Assembly (NCBI GenBank): GCA_964577535.1
Contig: CAZNZO010000001.1
Location: 68,050-132,049, forward strand
Origin: an uncultured Oscillospiraceae bacterium
GTDB lineage: Bacteria; Bacillota; Clostridia; Christensenellales; CAG-314
DNA length: 64,000 nt
Direction of reading: 5' to 3'
Shown piece after piece: positions 61,144-64,000 of the stretch (its first letter is position 1; the number at the start of each line of letters is the position of its first letter). Below the pieces are notes generated by a model, which worked only from the letters and a program-made list of their open reading frames with translations, searched no databases and was not told the origin of the DNA. Position numbers and translations under genes: made by a program.

Positions 61144-61869
61144 CTAGTTGTTTTGCAAAGAATTTTCCTCGGCGGCGGTTTGTTGCGCCGTGGAAGTTTG
61201 TTCTTGCTCGCCGGCCGTTTGCTCGGCTTGAGGTTGTTCGGGGGCTTCGGCCTGTTCGGTGGCCGGCTGCACATTTTCAGCTTGTTCGGGGGATGCTTGC
61301 TCGGTTTCCGGGCTTGCGCCGGCTTCCCTAATCAAAAATCCGCCCAATGCCAAAACGGCTAATGCCGCAACAACGTAGATCCAGCCGCCTTCGGCTTTTA
61401 GCCACATGGAAAACGCACCAAGCGTGGGATAGTGTCCAACAACTTCGCCAAGAATTTTATCTTGCGGCACGGGGCGCAAATCTTTGGTGTTGTTGGCATC
61501 GCCTTTGGTGATGAAACCTTCTTCCGTTTTGCCAACAATGCGGTGGGTTGTGGGAATTTTGTCGCCATCCAGCAAAAAGGTGATGACGTCGCCAATTTCG
61601 TAGTCGCCGGTGTTTTTGATGACGATAAGGTCGCCTTCTCCAACCTGTTTGGGCTTGCCGTTTGCAACAAGTGCGCTGTTGCCGTTCATGCTGCCTGTGG
61701 CAATGTTAAGGGAAGAATATCCAAAAACGGACGGAACGGGATTTTTAAGAATGAACTTATCAAACGCCAGCCACAGCACCAACATTGCAAGCAGGCCCAG
61801 CAGCGTCCACACCGCTCCCCAAAATATTTTGACAATGATATTGCCAACTTTTTTTGCCTTTTCGGACAT
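61144..61869 (-). CDS. sipW: Signal peptidase I, SipW/ER-type (S26B)
   Basis: IATGSM (Ser), GDLIV, GDVITF, TTHRIV (His), FITKGDANNTKD, KILG; N- and C-terminal TMs; ATG at 61869. Confidence 0.9.
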   Translation of the reverse strand: MSEKAKKVGNIIVKIFWGAVWTLLGLLAMLVLWLAFDKFILKNPVPSVFGYSSLNIATGSMNGNSALVANGKPKQVGEGDLIVIKNTGDYEIGDVITFLLDGDKIPTTHRIVGKTEEGFITKGDANNTKDLRPVPQDKILGEVVGHYPTLGAFSMWLKAEGGWIYVVAALAVLALGGFLIREAGASPETEQASPEQAENVQPATEQAEAPEQPQAEQTAGEQEQTSTAQQTAAEENSLQNN

Positions 61870-62057
61870 GTTTTCCCCTTTGGCAACCAACGTTGCCCCT
61901 TGTGATAGTTTTTGGATAAAAACAAAATTTTGCTGCCGCAACTAGGCGCGACAATTTTGTTCTTAGCGAAAAACTAGCAATAATTTTTGCTATTTTTGCC
62001 AAAACCGTTTGCCAACTTTTGGGCAACGTTTTGCCTTTTGCTCTTTAACCAACAAGG

Positions 62058-62085
62058 CACATTCCCACCAAGATGTGGGAATGTG
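62058..62085 (-). other. Strong RNA hairpin downstream of the 251-aa subunit gene (terminator or mRNA stabiliser)
   Basis: Perfect 11-bp stem CACATTCCCAC-6 nt-GTGGGAATGTG, with only a weak U-tract on the minus strand. Confidence 0.6.
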
Positions 62086-62139
62086 ACCAATTTTTTGTTG
62101 ATTCGCGACTTGCGCCGCTTGTTTTGAACAAGTTTTTGC

Positions 62140-62895
62140 TTAAGATGCTTTTGTTTGCGCTTGTTCAATGGAAACGTTAAGCTTGAAACTTAGCGAAGAA
62201 ACAATTGCAGCATATGAAGCTTCGGTGTCGCAAACCTCGATGATTTGTTTGTTATCAACGAAGACGTTTTTGATGTCGTCAAAGTTTTTATCCATTGCTT
62301 TGTAGCCAATGATGGTGTCTTTCACGTTTGCATCAGCTTCGGTACCTACAAATGCCCATTCCCAAGTGAGAGTGTAGCTTTTGTTGTAGTTTGTGCCAGC
62401 ATCAAAGTATTGGGACGTTGCTCTCAAAGAGGCGATGACGTCTGCAAGTTTAGAATTTGCAGTGCCAACGGTTGTCGAGCCTTCCGTCAAAGTCCATTTA
62501 ACGGGGTAGTAGTCGCCAAAATGAATTTCATGAATTTCGCCTTCAGTTGCAATTGTTAATTTTGCAAGAGTTTCGGCAGAGCCGGAAATGTTGATTGTCA
62601 TAGAACCGGTGGAACCGGGAGCAACAACCACGCTGGCAGCATTGATTGCAACGCCATCGCCGGTGACTTCGGTAGCAAGTGTTCCACTTTCAACGCTGTA
62701 GTCAGTTGCGAACAAATTGCTTGCATCAACAGTAACAACGTAGCCCCATTTTGCGGCGGTTGCCAATTGGTTGCCTGTTGTTCCGCTGGTTATATATTTT
62801 GCAAAGGTTACGGCGCCCATTGCCAAAATTAGGCAAACCATAAGCACCATGGCTACAATAGCCATAACTTTTTTGTTTTTACGAGATTTTTCCAT
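62140..62895 (-). CDS. Secreted 251-aa TasA/CalY-like protein with SipW-class signal peptide (putative major fibre subunit)
   Basis: MEKSRKNKK...MGAVTFAKYITS...ATAAKW, VVAPGSTG, LTWEWAF...DTIIG, C-terminal LNVSIEQ; ATG at 62895 after AAGGAG. Confidence 0.75.
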   Translation of the reverse strand: MEKSRKNKKVMAIVAMVLMVCLILAMGAVTFAKYITSGTTGNQLATAAKWGYVVTVDASNLFATDYSVESGTLATEVTGDGVAINAASVVVAPGSTGSMTINISGSAETLAKLTIATEGEIHEIHFGDYYPVKWTLTEGSTTVGTANSKLADVIASLRATSQYFDAGTNYNKSYTLTWEWAFVGTEADANVKDTIIGYKAMDKNFDDIKNVFVDNKQIIEVCDTEASYAAIVSSLSFKLNVSIEQAQTKAS

Positions 62896-62934
62896 TATAT
62901 TTCTCCTTGATAGTTTTGCGTTTGTACGCAAACG

Positions 62935-63810
62935 TTAAAATTTGTTTGCACGCTTGTTGAGAAGCCATGCCACGTAGAAAATGATAACTGCGGCGTTTAG
63001 CATAAGCAAAACCAGCCACAGCCAGCGGATTGTGCCGCCTTGTTCGACGGTGCCGCCGGTGCTATCGAGATCTACTTTTATGCCGCCTTGCGCAGTTGTG
63101 TTGGGATGCGCTTCGGCATAGGTGCCAACTTTCATTGTGATGGCCACACCATCGTTCCTGCTTGCGGCAAGGTCGCCCAACAACGTGTCGACGCTATCGT
63201 CCCCTTCGAAGGGCCAAGTTAGTTCCAAATTGAATTTTTGGTAAGAACTGGCTCCCAACGTGCCCAGTTGCACGTTGCTTGCAAGTGCTTGGCTAAGGGG
63301 AACGCCAACGTTTTCGTCACCGATTAGGTAGGTTGTTTCACCATTAGCATCGGAATAGTACAAACGCGCTAGTATTGGTAACGATTGAAAACTTTCGCTA
63401 GTGGCAACGGAGTTGTTTACCGAAAGAGCAAAACTGATGTTTGTTTGGTAGATAACTGCCGCGTTGCCATTGTTATGCATTGCAAAAGAATAGGTTGTGG
63501 TTGTGCCGGGTGCAAACACCGATTGTCCGTTACTGGATTTTACCGTTGCAACGCCTTGATCGTTGACGTAGCTTGCTTGGAAAATTTGAATGTTGTTGTT
63601 GGAACTCCACGTTTTTCCGCTTTCGTCGTCGACATCGACGGAATAGTTTTTGCCAACAATAAACAGCACGTCGGTGTTATCCGGCAAACCGTTGCCTACT
63701 TGCAGAGCAATGATGCCCAGCGTCATAAGCAACAAAACGAACACGATATCTACCATGAGCATTATCCAAACCCACTGACGGCGTTCGGACTTTTTGCGGT
63801 CGTTTGACAT
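62935..63810 (-). CDS. TasA-like-domain protein with N- and C-terminal TM helices (putative anchor subunit)
   Basis: VFAPGTTTTYSFAMHNNG, LTWPFEGDDSVDTLLG; TM at both ends, basic tail; lacks the A-K-Y motif; RBS AAGGAGG. Confidence 0.7.
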   Translation of the reverse strand: MSNDRKKSERRQWVWIMLMVDIVFVLLLMTLGIIALQVGNGLPDNTDVLFIVGKNYSVDVDDESGKTWSSNNNIQIFQASYVNDQGVATVKSSNGQSVFAPGTTTTYSFAMHNNGNAAVIYQTNISFALSVNNSVATSESFQSLPILARLYYSDANGETTYLIGDENVGVPLSQALASNVQLGTLGASSYQKFNLELTWPFEGDDSVDTLLGDLAASRNDGVAITMKVGTYAEAHPNTTAQGGIKVDLDSTGGTVEQGGTIRWLWLVLLMLNAAVIIFYVAWLLNKRANKF

Positions 63811-63867
63811 CTTGCTCTACCTCCTTTGTGAATTTTTTTGCTTAACACTGTTAAGCGAAAACCGAAA

Positions 63868-64000
63868 TTAGTCTACTTGCGTTACGGTGATGGAAAGAGA
63901 ATATTGCAAAGCCGTGCTTACGTTTTCATCATCAGCAACTGTATCGGAAATGTAGTTGCCAAGCAAAGTGTCGTTGGCATTTTCACCTTCGAACACCCAA
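63868..64000 (-). CDS. C-terminal end of another TasA-like subunit paralog (truncated by the window)
   Basis: Manual translation WVFEGENANDTLLGNYISDTVADDENVSTALQYSLSITVTQVD* matches the W.F(E)...DT.(L/I)G and terminal x-x-Q pattern of its neighbours. Confidence 0.7.
   Translation of the reverse strand, partial: WVFEGENANDTLLGNYISDTVADDENVSTALQYSLSITVTQVD

Noticed and set aside
58924-64000. Classical sortase-assembled or type IV pilus
   Set aside because: No LPXTG, YPKN pilin motif or sortase in the window, and no class III (G|F-x-x-x-E) prepilin signals; genes beyond the right edge cannot be excluded.

Overview
Chromosomal window from a low-to-mid GC Firmicute. The gene set (PSP1/YaaT, DUF378, YlmH, sigmaA-type promoters) and very strong GCAAA/TTTGC oligomer bias suggest a gut Clostridia lineage (inference). 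Most genes lie on the minus strand. Housekeeping and metabolic genes: P-type ATPase (truncated by the window), MATE, folA-thyA, CDF transporter, glmM, trxB-like, a glycerol cluster (glpK, 3-gene G3P dehydrogenase module, polytopic membrane alpha/beta-hydrolase), tmk-holB-PSP1-phosphoesterase, galK, glmS, typA, divergent glutamine synthetase III, Mrp, ylmH, PadR-prmA-mtaB-HIT, and a maltodextrin ABC/GH13 locus with an unusually long ATPase. Accessory elements: an AT-rich two-gene toxin/immunity-like islet (about 8.7-9.5 kb), an orphan Phd antitoxin, a TetR cassette and an M60 mucin-protease-like gene. The best candidate for an undescribed system is the right end (54.3-64 kb). It holds a SipW-type signal peptidase among at least five secreted or membrane proteins: several share a (T/S)-(F/Y)-(A/S)-K-Y-x-T processing motif and TasA/CalY-like features, one is a 1485-aa beta-solenoid adhesin-like protein, and one is a doubly membrane-anchored paralog. 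Together they look like a sortase-independent, SipW-processed pilus/fibre with tip, shaft and anchor subunits. No rRNA, tRNA, CRISPR array or transposase was recognised. All assignments are by motif recognition; no database searches were run.
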